Positions 25,401-39,661 are shown, numbered from the stretch's first letter. The stretch: 64,000 nt of DNA from Azolla caroliniana (GCA_043228905.1 JBHGNT010000017.1:12338001-12402000); one strand, 5' to 3'. Translations and numbers: made by a program. Notes: generated by a model from the sequence alone, not told the origin.

Positions 25401-26104
25401 TCGGCAACGTCGAAGACTGAGTTGAAATCAGAAGAACGTGCACCCAAGCTGAAAGCAGCCCCCACACAAGTAACAGTGTTTGTAGAAAAGGGCCTGCGCT
25501 GGTGTTTGTGGAAAGGACCTTGGTGATGGAGCGGCTATAGCAATCCACCATCGGATTGTGTGTTTCCAACCAGGAGAGCCCTAAAACAATCGGATGACGA
25601 GGGGTTGCAATGAGGTAGAATGTTAATACCTTATGGTGGAACCCGACTTGAAATATCAATGGGACAGTGGCTTCGGTAATAGGCCCTGAAGAGAGAACCC
25701 GTCCATTGATAGCTTCAACGGATATGGGTTGTGTTGTGCGGACAACTGGGATTTTATGTGCTCGCACGAAAGTGATATCGATGAAACAAGTAGATGCACC
25801 AAAATCGAGCAAGGCATGGGATTTTATTGAAATGGACCCAAAACAAAGGCTTACTTGCAAAGTAAAACCTCCTGCTAGCGTGACTAAATTGTAGGAGCAT
25901 GAAGAACTAAGGTGATGGAAAGTGTCCAGTGGCATGGCTCCTACTGCAACTGGACTTGCTTGTTTTCCTGTTGTCCAAAAACCTCCGCAAGACGTGCATG
26001 GTGGGATTGATGACGAGGGCCGCGCATTGGGCAGTGGCAGATGACATGGCCGGGGGTACCACAATAGAGGCAGAGGTCATTGTCACGTCGATGTTGTCAC
26101 AAAA

Positions 26105-26176
26105 TGTGAATATCAAGGTTTGAACTTGTGACCTTCAAACAACGATCTTACACTTCAACCATTACACCAACTCATT
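26105..26176 (-). ncRNA. tRNA-derived cassette in the family-2 LTR (second copy about 33102-33173)
   Basis: On -: TGGTGTAATGG (26169-26159), then AAGGTC ACA AGTTCAAACC (26126-26117), with T stem CAAG/CTTG. Confidence 0.7.
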
Positions 26177-29100
26177 TTCATTAATAAATACATTTTCATA
26201 TTATTATTATTCAAGAACTCTAGAGCACTAGACACATTAGATGACCGCCAAATGGCATGCACCTTGTACGCCAAGTGGCACACAACATGTATGACAAATG
26301 GCGATCATGCACATTCTGATGTACAGTATATAAGTCGAAGATCTGCTTAGTGTTGAACCATTCCCATTCAACACCAGTCTTCAGCAACCTTGTAATCTCA
26401 GTTTCCGGTAATAGAAATTCTTGTAAACGTCTTCTCGTTTGTTATTATCTTCTTTTCTTTGAAATCGACCTTGTCTTCGAAGCTTGGGTCACGACAGTTT
26501 GAACCAGAATCCCACTTTTTTTTTTCTCGAGTATCTAGTGAAGTTTTTCCGTCACAATGGAGACCGTCAGTAAACAAGAGTATATGCGTATTCTCTCAGA
26601 AGTTGACCTCCTAACAACAAAATTTGTTGCATTGGAACAAGAGAATCATAAACTTCTTGGCGACTTGCAACAAGTGAGCGTTGAAAAGGCACAACAACAT
26701 GAGGAACTCTCGAAACGTGTCCAACAACTTGAAGCTATTGTGTTATCTCTTCGACAACAAGCTTCAATCTCTCAAAGTTTGTTGAAAGAACCCAAAATTA
26801 GTTTACTAACAAAAATTTGATGGTACAAGGTCTCAATTCCGAGGATTCTTAAATCAGGTATGCCTTATAATTCATATGCATCCCAACCAATATCCAACTG
26901 ACGCAGCTCAAGTGGGGTTAGTTGGAACATTATTGACAGGAACTGCACTAGCATGGTTTGCACCATTGCTAGAGAAGAAATCCCCAATACTAGAAAACTT
27001 TGATACCTTTATCAACGAATTCCAAACTAGTTTTGGTGATATTGATAGTGTAAGAACAACAATAAACAAGATACGTAGGTTGCGCCAAGGAGATCGGCCA
27101 ACCTCAGCTTACGCAGTTGATTTTCGTCTTCTTGCTTGTGATATCCCTTGGGATGAAGCAACGATGATGGACTTGTTTCGGCATGGTTTGCATAATGATG
27201 TTAAAGACTTGTTCTTAACATTTCATGATGAACCCAAATCACTGACATAAGCTATTAGCCGTGCAGTTCGATGTGACGATCGTTTGTTCGAAAGACATTC
27301 TGAGCGCCAACAAACGTCGACACGCCTTAGATCTAAGCAAACATATGCCTCAGCATTAGCCTCACCACCTTTAGGACCAATGCAAGTTCCTAATCCTAAT
27401 TCTTTTAATGGACCTACTCCAATGGAGATTGATGCAACACGTCGTCGAGGTCCTTTGTCCGAAGCCGAGAAACAATGACGTCGAGCAAATCGACTTTGCC
27501 TATATTGTGGTGGTCCAGGACATATAGCAATACATTGTCCACATCGACCAAAGAGACAATTAAATCAAGTAAGTGCTATTGAGAATTTTGATTCATGTTC
27601 TCCAATCAAAGCCAATAAACAAGAACTCTTGTCAACAACCCTCAATCCAATAGTTTTGATGTTCTAAGCCAACTAGATGAGCTGTTAAACGAGTAAGTCC
27701 AGCCAAAATCGGAGCCATTTGGTTGGACCAACCAAAGCATATAGAACTTGTTCTGAGCTTAGGTTCCATTTCATTGAACCAAGTCAGTGAAGTTTTCACA
27801 GCACAAGTTCAACTCAGCACATCAAGATGTCATCAAGTTCTTGCATCTGCACTTTTGGATTTAGGAGCCAACTCATGTTTCATGGATCGGGATTTTGCCA
27901 CAACACAAGAAATTCTACTCTATAAGCTTCCTCGTCCAGCATCAGTAGCAGAAATTGATGGACGTTCTATTGCATCAGGAGATATTACTGAAGAATCAGA
28001 GCCTATTCGTGTAGTTCTTGGTAATTTAGCTACTGTAATATCTTTTAATATCATAAGCAGTCCCGAACATCCAATTGTTCTTGGGTTGCCGTGGTTTGAA
28101 CTTCATAATCCAAAGATTGATTGGAAGAAGCGGGAAATCATAGACTCACGAGACAACACTTTAAGGCTGATCACCACATCAACCTCAAAGCTAACACCAA
28201 GACATATATCAACTATCTCTCTCAAAAGATTACATAAAGAAGCTACAATAGACGATATGTTTGTGTTTGCAGTTGTCATAACCCCATTCTCAAACCCACA
28301 AGATTCAGAGGTCCATTTGCCATCAAAGTATCAAGAATTTTCTGATGTGTTTGATAAGGTAAAGGCCACAACACTTCCTGATCATCACCCATATGATTGT
28401 CCCATTGATTTGCATGCTGAGAAGGAACCACCATGGGGACCAATTTACAACCTTTCGCCGTCAGAATTGAAAGTTCTTCGAGAATATATTGATGAGAATC
28501 TTGCAAATGGCTTTATTCGACATTCCCGATCTCCTGCTGGTGCTCCTATTTTTTTTGTTAAGAAGAAAGATGGCTCTTTACGTTTGGTCGTAGATTATCG
28601 AGGCTTGAACAAGGTTATGATTCGAAATCGATATGATCTACCATTGATTCCAAATCTCTTGGAACATCTCAATGGGGCCAAATACTTCACAAGGCTAGAC
28701 TTACGAGGAGCTTACAACCTTGTTCGTATTCGACCTGGTGATGAATGGAAAACTGCTTTTCGCACACGATATGGTCACTTTGAGTACAGAGTAATGCCAT
28801 TTGGGCTTACAAATGCTCCAACAGTTTTCCAACATATGGCAAATGATATCTTTCGAGATTTCCTCGATATCTTCACGATAATTTACTTGGATGACATACT
28901 AATCTACTGAAAGACACAAGAGGAGCATAATAATCATGTTCGACAAGTTCTACAACGATTACGGGAATTTGGTCTTTATGCTAAACTAGAGAAGTGTTGC
29001 TTTGACCGCAATCAAGTCGAGTTTCTAGGGTATATGGTCTCTCCAAAAGGTATGTTTATGGATCCAAAGAAAGTACAAAAAATTCTAGATTGGAAGACAC

Positions 29101-31270
29101 CAGGCTCAATTCGTGATCTGCAATGTTTCTTGGGATTTGCGAATTTCTACCGCAAGTTCCTCAAGAGTTACTCAAAAGTTGTTTTGCCCCTCACGGAACT
29201 AACACAGAAGAACCGACCATTTGTATGGACATCAAGCGCAACGGATGCATTTGATAGCTTGAAGCAAGCATTTACATCTGCTCCCATTTTGGTCCACGTT
29301 GACCTTAAAAAGCCGTTTATCATAGAAGCTGATGTATCTGATTTTGCACTAGGAAGTGTTCTATCGCAAGTAGCGGATGATGAGAAATTACATCCAATTG
29401 CATTTCATTCAAGAAAGTTTGAACCTGCAGAAATCAATTATGAAATCCATGACAAAGAATTGTTGGCAATTGTTGATTCTTTCAAACAATGGTGTCACTT
29501 CTTGGAAGGTTCTCCCCACCAAATTATTGTTTACAACGATCATAAAAACCTCACATACTTTCAAAATGCTTGAGTTCTAAATCGACGACAAGCTCGGTGG
29601 GCACAATTTCTAACACGGTTCAACTTTGTGATAACATATCGACCAGGAACACAACAAGGTAAAGCTGATGCCTTATCAAGACGCTCTTATTTTGCACCAA
29701 AACCAGGGGACCCAACTTACGACAATCAAGAACAAGTCCTTTTGAGCCCTAGTCGTCTACGATTAATGGTGAAAAATGTTGTTAAGACAACTTTGGATTC
29801 AAAATTTCTCGATTCTATTCGCTCGAGCATTAGTTCAGATGCTTTTGCACAAGATATTTTAGACCACATTGTTCCAGATCGTGCTTCTTGTTCACGCCCC
29901 AAGTTTTCTCGCATGGATTATGGGAACTTCAGTTGGCATGATGGGTTGCTTTTTCGAAACAACCGTACTTATATTCCCGATGGACCTTTTCGACTTGGAG
30001 CCTTGCATCACTGCCATGATTCACCGCTAGCTAGACATTTCGGAGTTTTGAAAACATTAGAGCTAGTTACCTGAAACTATTGGTGGCCTCAGGTTCGTCA
30101 GTTTGTCATAGACTATGTTTCTACCTGTGATGTATGTTGTCGATCAAAGATGCCTCGACATCGGCCATATGGTTTGTTGCACCCATTGCCCATTCCAGAT
30201 GGTCCGTGGAAATCCATTTCTATCGATTTCATCACAGATCTCCCATCTTCCCAAGGCTATGATGCAATTCTTATAGTGGTAGATCGCTTTACAAAAAAGG
30301 CACATTTTCTTCCATGTAGAAAAACTTTTACTAGTCAAGAATTGACAAGTCTTGTTATGCGAGAAGTTTTCAAGCACCATAGCCTTCCAGATGAAATCAT
30401 TAGTGATCGTGGACCATAATTTATTGCAAAGTTTTGGACACACTTACTTGAGAGCCTTGGAATTTCTCGTAAACTATCTTCAAGCTACCATCCTCAAACC
30501 GATGGGCAAACAGAACGCACAAATCAAATATTAGAACAATATCTCTATTGCTTTATCAACTATCAACAAGATGATTGGATGGATTTCTTACATATGGCTG
30601 GATTTCTTACATATGGCAGAATTTGCTTACAATAATTCAATCCATTCTTCTACGGGATTCACTCCGTTCTTTGCAAACACAGGATATCATCCTCGATGGA
30701 GATGCTCGAATGTCCAAAAGTCTCAAAAAATCCCACAGTCAAAGATCGTCTAGAAAAACTCAAAGAAATTCAAACCAACCTTTCTCACAATTTGCTTCAT
30801 GCTCAAGCCAAGTACAAGAAGGTGGCGGATAAACATCGCTTAGATTCTTCACTTAAAGACCCTAAGTTTAAAGTTGGTGATCGTGTCTGGTTATTGCGTC
30901 GTAATGTGAAAACTGCTCGACCAAGTGCCAAATTGGATTTCTAATGTCTAGGTCCATTTGTAATCTCTCATCAAGTCAGTGATGTTGCATTTCGTCTGGA
31001 CCTACCTTCACATATGCATCTTCATCTAGTATTTCATGTTTCATTATTAGAACCATGGACATCAAGTTCTATTCCAAATCGGGTTATCCCACCACCACCT
31101 CCGGTTCAACTTGCTGAAGGAACTGAATATGAAGTAGAAGCTATTTTGGACTCTAAGGTCATCCGCAATAAGTTATATTATCTAGTAGATTGGTTGGGAT
31201 ACATGCCTGCGGATCAGACATGGGAACCTGCAACGAACGTCACTAATGCCTCTGAACTTATACAAGAGTT

Positions 31271-32884
31271 GACCATGATGTGTTGTTGATGTGAGGTTGC
31301 AAGTTCAATCCTCATCAACTATATATTTTATGTCATTGTATCATGACACGGCGAAGGGGTGGCATCTACATCAGATGGATGTAAACAATACGTTCCTACA
31401 TGGTGATCTTGCGGAACAAGTGTATATGGTACAGCCCCCCGGTTTTCAGTACGGAATGAATACATCGGCAGTGTGCCAATTGGAGAAGTCCCTCTACAGA
31501 CTCAAGCAAGTCATGCGCGTCTCTCTTCATCCGGCAAGGTCGAATAGTGATAGTTAGGAGTCAGTGGACTGCCGTGGTTTTTCCCGTGTTTGGGTTTTCC
31601 ACGTAAACATCCTGTGTACTCTTCTTTCCATTGTGTCGTGCGTTCATTATCCGTTTTTTGTGTTTTATCCTAGCGTTGTTCATCGGGAGCGTGTGTTCCT
31701 ATCAAAGTGGTATCAGAGCGAAACGGCACAGAAAATGGACGAATCGTTGGGCGGCATGTTCAAGCTCACCGACTCCAACTATTCAGTGTGGAAGTCAAAG
31801 ATGAGGGACATGCTCGTGGTTAAAGATCTTTGGTTGCCGGTTCAGTTCGGGGACAAGAGACCGGACAAAATTGACGCCACGATATGGGAGGTGATGCACA
31901 TGAAGACAACAACGTACATATGGTGCTTCATCAACATGAGCCTATACAACAACTTCAATGAAGAGAGCAAGGCTCATGAGCTCTGGGAGAAGATCAACAT
32001 TATGTTTCAGAACAAAAATGTTGTTAACCAGGTTTCGGTATTCCGGAAGCTAGTAAGACTCCGGTACCAAGATGGCTCCAGCATGTCGGAGCACATGAAT
32101 GCCTTCCAAGGGCTGATACACCAAGCAACATCATTGCAAGTAGACCTCCCCCTTGACTTTGACCGTGTCCCCGACTTCTCCCAGTTCTGGGGACTACGGT
32201 TCCTTTGTCTTCCGCGTTCCGATTCGGTAAGGAGCGCTTTGGAGTCGGAGCTCGTATCCTTATCTTTCCGACGCGCCTCCTCATCTAGCAAGCTCGACTT
32301 TACTCTTGCTAGGGATAATCGTTTCCCTTCCGACCCGGCGTTGCCCAAAGTGACAACCAACATCTCCCAGCTATCCGGGAGGGAACCGAGCAGAGAAACT
32401 AGCTCCAAAGTTGTGTGGATTCCAAAGTGCCCGTGACATCGACCATATGGGTTATTACAACCATTGCTAGTTCCTATTGGTCCATGGAAATCTATCTCGA
32501 TGGATTTTATTACAAATCTTCCAATTTCGAAGAGTTTTGATGCTATTCTCACTATAGTAGATCGATTCACAAAGATGGCGCATTTTCTTCCATACAACCA
32601 TCAACAGTAAAGAAACTGTAGACATCATTATGAAAGAAGTATTTCGGCTTCACAATCATCCAAATGACATCATTAGTGATCGTGGCCCACAATTCATCTC
32701 AAAATTCTGGAAACACTTGCTTGAGATGCTCAAAATTTCCTGTAAACTTTCGTCAAGCTATCATCCACAAAGTGATGGTCAAACTGAGCGGTGGTGGTGG
32801 GATAACCCGATTTGGAATAGAACTTGATGTCCATGGTTCTAATAATGAAACATGAAATACTGGATGAAGATGCATATGTGAAGG
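31271..32884. other. Patchwork filler of TE fragments inside element D
   Basis: Copia RT piece (about 31350-31510); Copia LTR end, PBS TGGTATCAGAGC and gag (about 31555-32130); inverted Copia gag (about 32135-32400); gypsy INT piece (about 32400-32790). Flanked by an identical 129-bp duplication at 31142-31270 and 32885-33013. Confidence 0.85.
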
Positions 32885-34633
32885 TATTTTGGACTCTAAG
32901 GTCATCCGCAATAAGTTATATTATCTAGTAGATTGGTTGGGATACATGCCTGCGGATCAGACATGGGAACCTGCAACGAACGTCACTAATGCCTCTGAAC
33001 TTATACAAGAGTTTCATCTTCGTTATCCCCATAAACCAAAACCTAGTTCATGCATTGCGACTCATGAAACTCGTCGTCAAAGGAGGGATGATGTCACAAA
33101 ATGTGAATATCAAGGTTTGAACTTGTGACCTTCAAACAAGGGTCTTACACTTCAACCATTGCACCAACTCATTTTCATTAATAAATACATTTTCATATTA
33201 TTATTATTCAAGAACTCTAGAGCACTAGACACATTAGATGACCACCAAATGGCATGCACCCTGTACGCCAAGTGGTGCACAACATGTATGACAAATGGCG
33301 ATCATGCACATTCTGATGTACAATATATAAGGCGAAGATCTACTTAGTGTTGAACCAGAATGGTTCAACACCAGTCTTCAGCAACCTTGTAATCTCGGTT
33401 TCCGATAATAGAAATTCTTGTATTTTTGTCTTGTAAACGTCTTCTCGTTTGTTATTATCTTCTTTTCTTCGAAATCGACCTTGTCTTCGAAGCTTGGGTC
33501 ATGACAGATGTTGCCGTTGGGCATCGGTTAATGGTTGGAACCGAGCATGGTCAATCTCCATTGGCGTACGAGGATCGAACTCTATCAGGGTATGAACACT
33601 ATTGGAAGATGGTAGTTGTGGCGTGCTTGGCGAAACTGATATATATGGCCTTGTGAGTGGAGCATTGCGGGAGGAAGATGGAAAACCTTGAGTCCCTCGT
33701 TCCTCTTGTCGAAGCTCAAAAAGACGATTATCACATTGAACGTCTTGGGAGATTACCTGGGACAATGATGTGGGCTCCGAAAATTTTAAGAGAAGAGTCT
33801 TGATATCATTTCGGAGGCCTTGACGAAACCGGTAGCATAAAGTTTGCTCATCCCAGTTGACATCGCATACGATCTAACGAAACTCTGAAGCATAAACAAA
33901 AGCTGGACGAGAGCCTTGTTGTAAGGAATAGAGTTTCGTGAATGCCGTTTGTCGCCAATCTATCTCTCCGAATGTGGCTTCGAGCTCTGCAAGGAAGGCA
34001 AGAAACTTGTCTAGGAGGGGTGATGAGGTCTCGATCAATGGGGCAAACCACACTTGTGCCGGCCCAGAGAGAAGGTTGCCAACAAGGCCGACCCGAGAGA
34101 AATCACTAGCATAACGTTGGGGTTGTAAGCGGATGATAAGCCAAATTTGATTGACAAAGCCACAAAGATGCGCCCTCGAGTTGTTGAATTTGTCAGGTAG
34201 GCTGACATTAGGTTCGAGGACATATGAATGGAAAGAGGAAGGGGTTATGTTAGATGTTGACGGAAGGTGAGGCTCAACGGGTGAAGGATTGTTGGTTGTG
34301 CTATTTTGAAGCTCTCGCAATGACTGACGAAGGCTTTCATTTTCTAATTGAAGTTGCTCCAAGGATGCCATTACTTGGTTCAAGGCCAAGTCGGACATGG
34401 TAACAAGAAGGGAAGGTGAACAAACTGTCACGGACGTAGACGAGGGCAAAAACAAGTAGGCGAGCTCAATATTAACAAAGAGAGAAAGATAGATATATAG
34501 ATAGAGAGGAGCATAGACAAGAGAACAAGAGAGAGAGAGGGTAGACAAAAGAGCGACAACTAAATTATGCTTCCGTAACTGGTGTTGTTCACCTTGATTG
34601 TAATCAAGGTGCACCGATGTATTTATACAAGAA

Positions 34634-37600
34634 TGTTGGGATTACGGTCCCTTCGCATGGGATGGTCGGATATCGGAGATGAATGCCGACAAGCCCGGTT
34701 TCGGTTTCGGATCCGGATGACGAAGACCCCGGTTTCGGTACCGGATGACGAATGTACCCGGAGAGCGATCCGGATGCAGGGACATATCCGTGAATATGTT
34801 CGCTATGGGCCCCTGAGGCTACAGTTGTAAATAGCCCAAAGTCATATAAGTATAAATATGACTTAGGGCAAACAGTTTTGTGGTCGCTTCGCATTTTTCT
34901 GTTTTTTCCACTCAAGAGGAGTGAAGTGTAAGCAGCCGAGAGAGAGAGAGAGAGAGAGATAGAGCGCGAGGGAGGAAGAGGTAGACGCCTCTGTGTATTT
35001 CCGCCGCCTGTGGCGAGGACAGCGAGCTCAAGGTTGTCGCCTTGCAGCTCGCCATTGTATACTTCTCTGTATAGTGTTGGGTTGGAGTCTTGTACTCCCG
35101 TGGTTTTTCCCGTCTGGGTTTTCCACGTTAATCCCTGTGTACTCGCGTTTTTGTTTGTTTCGTGTGGTTCCTATTTTCTGCTGCATTGATCCGCGATTAC
35201 TCGGTTGTGGCCGAGTGAAGAAGGTGAATCGAAGCGTTGATTCTCAACAAACTGGTATCAGAGCGACTGTTGCAGAAAATGGAAGGCGGCGGCAGCGGGC
35301 AGCCGGGGATGATGGTGCTGAATGCACAGAATTACGCCGACTGGAAGATCAAGATGGAGGATCTTCTGATTGTTCGGGACCTGTACGAACCGATTGACAG
35401 GTCGGAAATACCGAAGGGGGTACTTGAGTCGGAGTGGAAGCTCCTGAACCGGAAAGCCGTAGCGACGATCCGACAATATGTCGATGTAAGCGTCCTACAA
35501 CATGTGGCGAACGACACCAACGCATATGAGATGTGGAAGAAGCTGTCGGGCCTCTACGAGAGGAAGAATGCGTTGAACCGGACCTCCCTGATGAGGAAGA
35601 TAGTGAACCTCAAGTACCGGGACGGCGAGAGTATGGTTGAACACGTAAGCACGTTCATGGGATTCATGAACCAGCTTGCGGCGATTAAGTTCCCGTTGGA
35701 GGATGCAATGCAAGCCATCATCCTGATGTGTACATTGCCAGAAAGCTGGGAGAACTTGGTGGTGACTCTCAGCACCTCCTGCACCGAAGATAACTTGTCC
35801 TTACAAACGGTAAAGACAAGTATTTTGAATGAAGAAGCGCGTCGGAGAGATAAGGAACCGGCCTCCGACCCGAAGATGTTGTTTACCGAATCGGATCGGG
35901 GAAGACAATGGAACCGGAGTCCGCAAAGACGGGAGAAGTCGGGGACCCGGTCGCAGTCAAGAGGAAGGCCCACATGCTTCCACTGTGGGAAGCCGGGGCA
36001 CTTCTGAAAGAATTGTCGGCATTACCGAAAAGACAATGGAACCGACAACACCGATTCGAAGAAGTCACCGGAGAGAAACGGTGCATACCGGGGAGCCACG
36101 GACCGGAATGGTTCGGATCGGCGAGGACAGGACCGGAAAGGAACGACGGCACTCGCGGCAAGTGAAGAGGAGATCATGCTCATCACCGAAGAAGGTGAAC
36201 TAAACATTGCCGGCGATGAGACGACCTGGGTGGTCGATTCCGGAGCATCGTTCCACCTGACCCCGGAGAGAAGATACTTCTCATCCTACACAGCCGGCGA
36301 GCATGGCTGTGTTCGGATGGGAAACGAAGGTACGTGCCGGATTGCCGGGATAGGAGACGTGTGGTTGACAACCCCGACCGGCTGCAAAATGCTGCTGAAG
36401 AATGTCCGACACGTTCCGGAGGTCCGACTGAACCTGATTTCGGCCGGGAGGCTAGATGATGAAGGCTACACGGGTAGCATCCGGAACGGTGTCATGAAGT
36501 TCAGCAAGGGGAGCTTGATAGTGGCTCGGGCCCGGAAGGTCAACACACTGTACCTGATGAATGCCCGGTTATGTCCGGAAGAGCTGAATGTGGCAGCCGA
36601 CACTGCCGGTGAGCTGTGGCACAAAAGACTGTGCCACATGAGTGAGAAGGGGATGAAGAGGCTTGCAGAAGACAACCTTATTCCGGTGAAGCATGTGCAC
36701 CTGGAGAAGTGCACCGACTGCCTGGCCGGTAAGCAGAACCGAACCTCCTTCCACTCAAGGCCACCGACGAGACGTAGCGCACCATTGGAGTTGGTGCACA
36801 CCGACGTGTGTCAGGTAGAAACGAAGTCACATGGCGGAGCCCAGTACTTCGTAACTTTCATAGATGATCACAGCCGAAGACTGTGGACGGCACCGTTGAA
36901 GACAAAGGACCAAGTGTTGTGCGTCTTCAAAGAACTCCACGCGAGAGTGGAAAGGGAATCCGGCAAGAAGCTGAAAGCGATACGAGCGGATAACGGAGGG
37001 GAATACCGGGGGCAGTTCCAGGAGTACTGTCGCTCGAAGGGAATCCGGCTCGAGTTTACTGTGCCGAAGACGCCGGAACTGAACGGGCTGGCCGAGAGGA
37101 TGAACCGGACCATAATAGAGAGGGTTCGGAGTATGCTGGCGCATGCGAAATTACCCAAGGGGTTTTGGGCTGAGGCAATGTCGACGGCGACATATGTGAT
37201 AAACCGATCACCCTCAGTACCTTTGGACGGAGACACGCCGCAGAGAGTGTGGACCGGTAGGGAAGTATCCTACCGGCATCTGAAGGTGTTCGGGTGTCTC
37301 GCATACGTGCACGTGGCGAAGGACCGGAGAGGAAAGCTAGATCCGAAGACCCGGCCATGCATATTCCTCGGTTACGGCGACGACGAGTTCGGCTACCGAG
37401 TATGGGACCCGGTCGACAAGAAGATATTCAGGAGTCGAGATATCGTCTTTATGGAGGACAAGACACTCGCCGACTGGGAGTCGGAGAAGAAGATGAAGAG
37501 CTCCAAGTCGACCGGTGAGGATAAACTCTACGAGGAGCAGTCCCGACCGGCAAGGGACCGGTTAGCACTCGAGGACCCGGCCGAAGACGGTGAAGAAACA

Positions 37601-39661
37601 GAACCGGCCGAAGAAGATGAAAATGATACCGGAACCGGCCCCGATCCCGAAATGGATTCGGATGAAGAAGAAGAATCGGAAGAACCGGTTACCGAAGCTC
37701 CGAAACGGAGATACCCTCAAAGAGAGAGAAGGGCCCCCCGGAGATTTCCGGACGGTGCTGAGCATAGCGGCAAGCATGGACCTCGAGGTAGAACAGATGG
37801 ACGTGAAGACGGCATTCCTTCACGGCGACCTCGATGAAGAGATCTACATGCAGCAACCGGAAGGATTCGAGAAGAAAGGGAAGGAGCACCTGGGATGCCG
37901 GTTGAAGAAGAGCCTTTACGGACTGAAGCAGGCTCCCCGGCAATGGTACCGGAAGTTCGACTCCTTCATGACCGACGAAGGGTACCTCAAAACGCAGTCC
38001 GACCACTGCGTGTTTGTGAAGAAGTTCGAAGGAGGAGACTTTCTAATACTCCTCCTGTACGTGGACGACATGTTGATCGTCGGACGGGACCAGGTCAAGA
38101 TACGGATGCTGAAGAAGGCTCTTCACCGAACCTTCTCAATGAAGGACTTGGGTCCGGCGAGACAAATACTAGGGATGCACATTATCCGGGACCGGAGCAA
38201 GAAGCAGTTGTGGCTGTCACAAGAGAAGTACGTGACAAAGGTGCTTAAAAGGTTCAACATGTCGGAAGCAAGACCGGTCGGATCGACCCTCCCGACAAAC
38301 TGCAAGTTGTCCACCAAGCAAAGTCCCAAGACAAAGGCTGAAAAGGAGGATATGATGAAAGTGCCGTATGCCTCAGCCGTCGGGAGCTTGATGTACGCCA
38401 TGGTGTGTACGAGACCGGACATCGGATATGCAGTCGGAGTGTTGAGCCGGTACATGAGCAATCCCGGCAAAGAGCATTGGAACGCGGCCAAGTGGATACT
38501 CCGATACCTGAAGGGCACGGCAAACGTGTGCCTCCGATTCGGCTCCGGAAAGCCCGAACTCGACGGCTTTACCGATTCGGATATGTCAGCTGATGCAGAT
38601 ACCAGCCGGTCCACATCAGGGTATGTGATGACGTATGCAGGGGGAGCTGTTTCATGGCAGTCGAGGCTGCAGAAGACGGTTGCGCTGTCAACCACGGAGG
38701 CGGAGTACATGGCGGCTGTTGAAGCCGGCAAGGAAATAATATGGATGAAGGACTTCATTAGAGAGCTCGGTATCCGACAGGAGGAGTACCGACTCTACTG
38801 CGACAGTCAGAGTGCAATCCACCTTGCGAAGAACGCAGCCTATCACTCCCGGACGAAGCACATCCAGCGAAGATATCACTGGATCCGGGAAAGGATAGAA
38901 GACAAGGAGTTCGTGCTGACAAAGATCCACACGGACAAGAACGGGTCGGATATGCTGACCAAGGTCCTCACATCCGACAAGCTGGAAGCATGCCGGAAGA
39001 GGATCGGATTGGAGAGACATCCCATGCCGAAGTGAAGGGGGAGTTTGTTGGGATTACGGTCCCTTCGCATGGGATGGTCGGATATCGGAGATGAATGCCG
39101 ACAAGCCCGGTTTCGGTTTCGGATCCGGATGACGAAGACCCCGGTTTCGGTACCGGATGACGAATGTACCCGGAGAGCGATCCGGATGCAGGGACATATC
39201 CGTGAATATGTTCGCTATGGGCCCCTGAGGCTACAGTTGTAAATAGCCCAAAGTCATATAAGTATAAATATGACTTAGGGCAAACAGTTTTGTGGTCGCT
39301 TCGCATTTTTCTGTTTTTTCCACTCAAGAGGAGTGAAGTGTAAGCATCCGAGAGAGAGAGAGAGAGAGAGATAGAGCGCGAGGGAGGAAGAGGTAGACGC
39401 CTCTGTGTATTTCCGCCGCCTGTGGCGAGGACAGCGAGCTCAAGGTCGTCGCCTTGCAGCTCGCCATTGTATACTTCTCTGTATAGTGTTGGGTTGGAGT
39501 CTTGTACTCCCGTGGTTTTTCCCGTCTGGGTTTTCCACGTTAATCCCTGTGTACTCGCGTTTTTGTTTGTTTCGTGTGGTTCCTATTTTCTGCTGCATTG
39601 ATCCGCGATTACTCGGTTGTGGCCGAGTGAAGAAGGTGAATCGAAGCGTTGATTCTCAACA
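34634..39661 (+). mobile_element. Element E: very young Ty1/copia LTR retrotransposon, internally deleted
   Basis: 616-bp LTRs 34634-35249 and 39046-39661 with 2 visible mismatches; TSD AAGAA; PBS TGGTATCAGAGC (tRNA-iMet) at 35253-35264; PPT GAAGGGGGAG at 39034-39043. Confidence 0.98.
35279..39035 (+). pseudogene. gag-PR-INT-RT-RH polyprotein of E
   Basis: Zinc knuckle CFHCGKPGHF*, WVVDSGAS, LWHKRLCH, DNGGEY, YVDD, TEAEY, TKHI. In-frame TGA at 36005-36007 and a frameshifting deletion near 37750. Confidence 0.95.

Larger units (their letters stand above)
26095..33506 (+). mobile_element. Element D: Ty3/gypsy chromovirus, LTR family 2, inserted in the gag of C
   Basis: LTRs 26095-26496 and 33092-33506; TSD GATGT at 26090-26094 and 33507-33511. 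gag starts at 26557 and pol runs 27690-33090 with many stops. Confidence 0.96.

Noticed and set aside
36005-36007. Programmed gag-pol stop-codon readthrough
   Set aside because: The stop lies inside the zinc knuckle, the relative near 47340 has a sense codon there, and CGA>TGA decay is common throughout the window.
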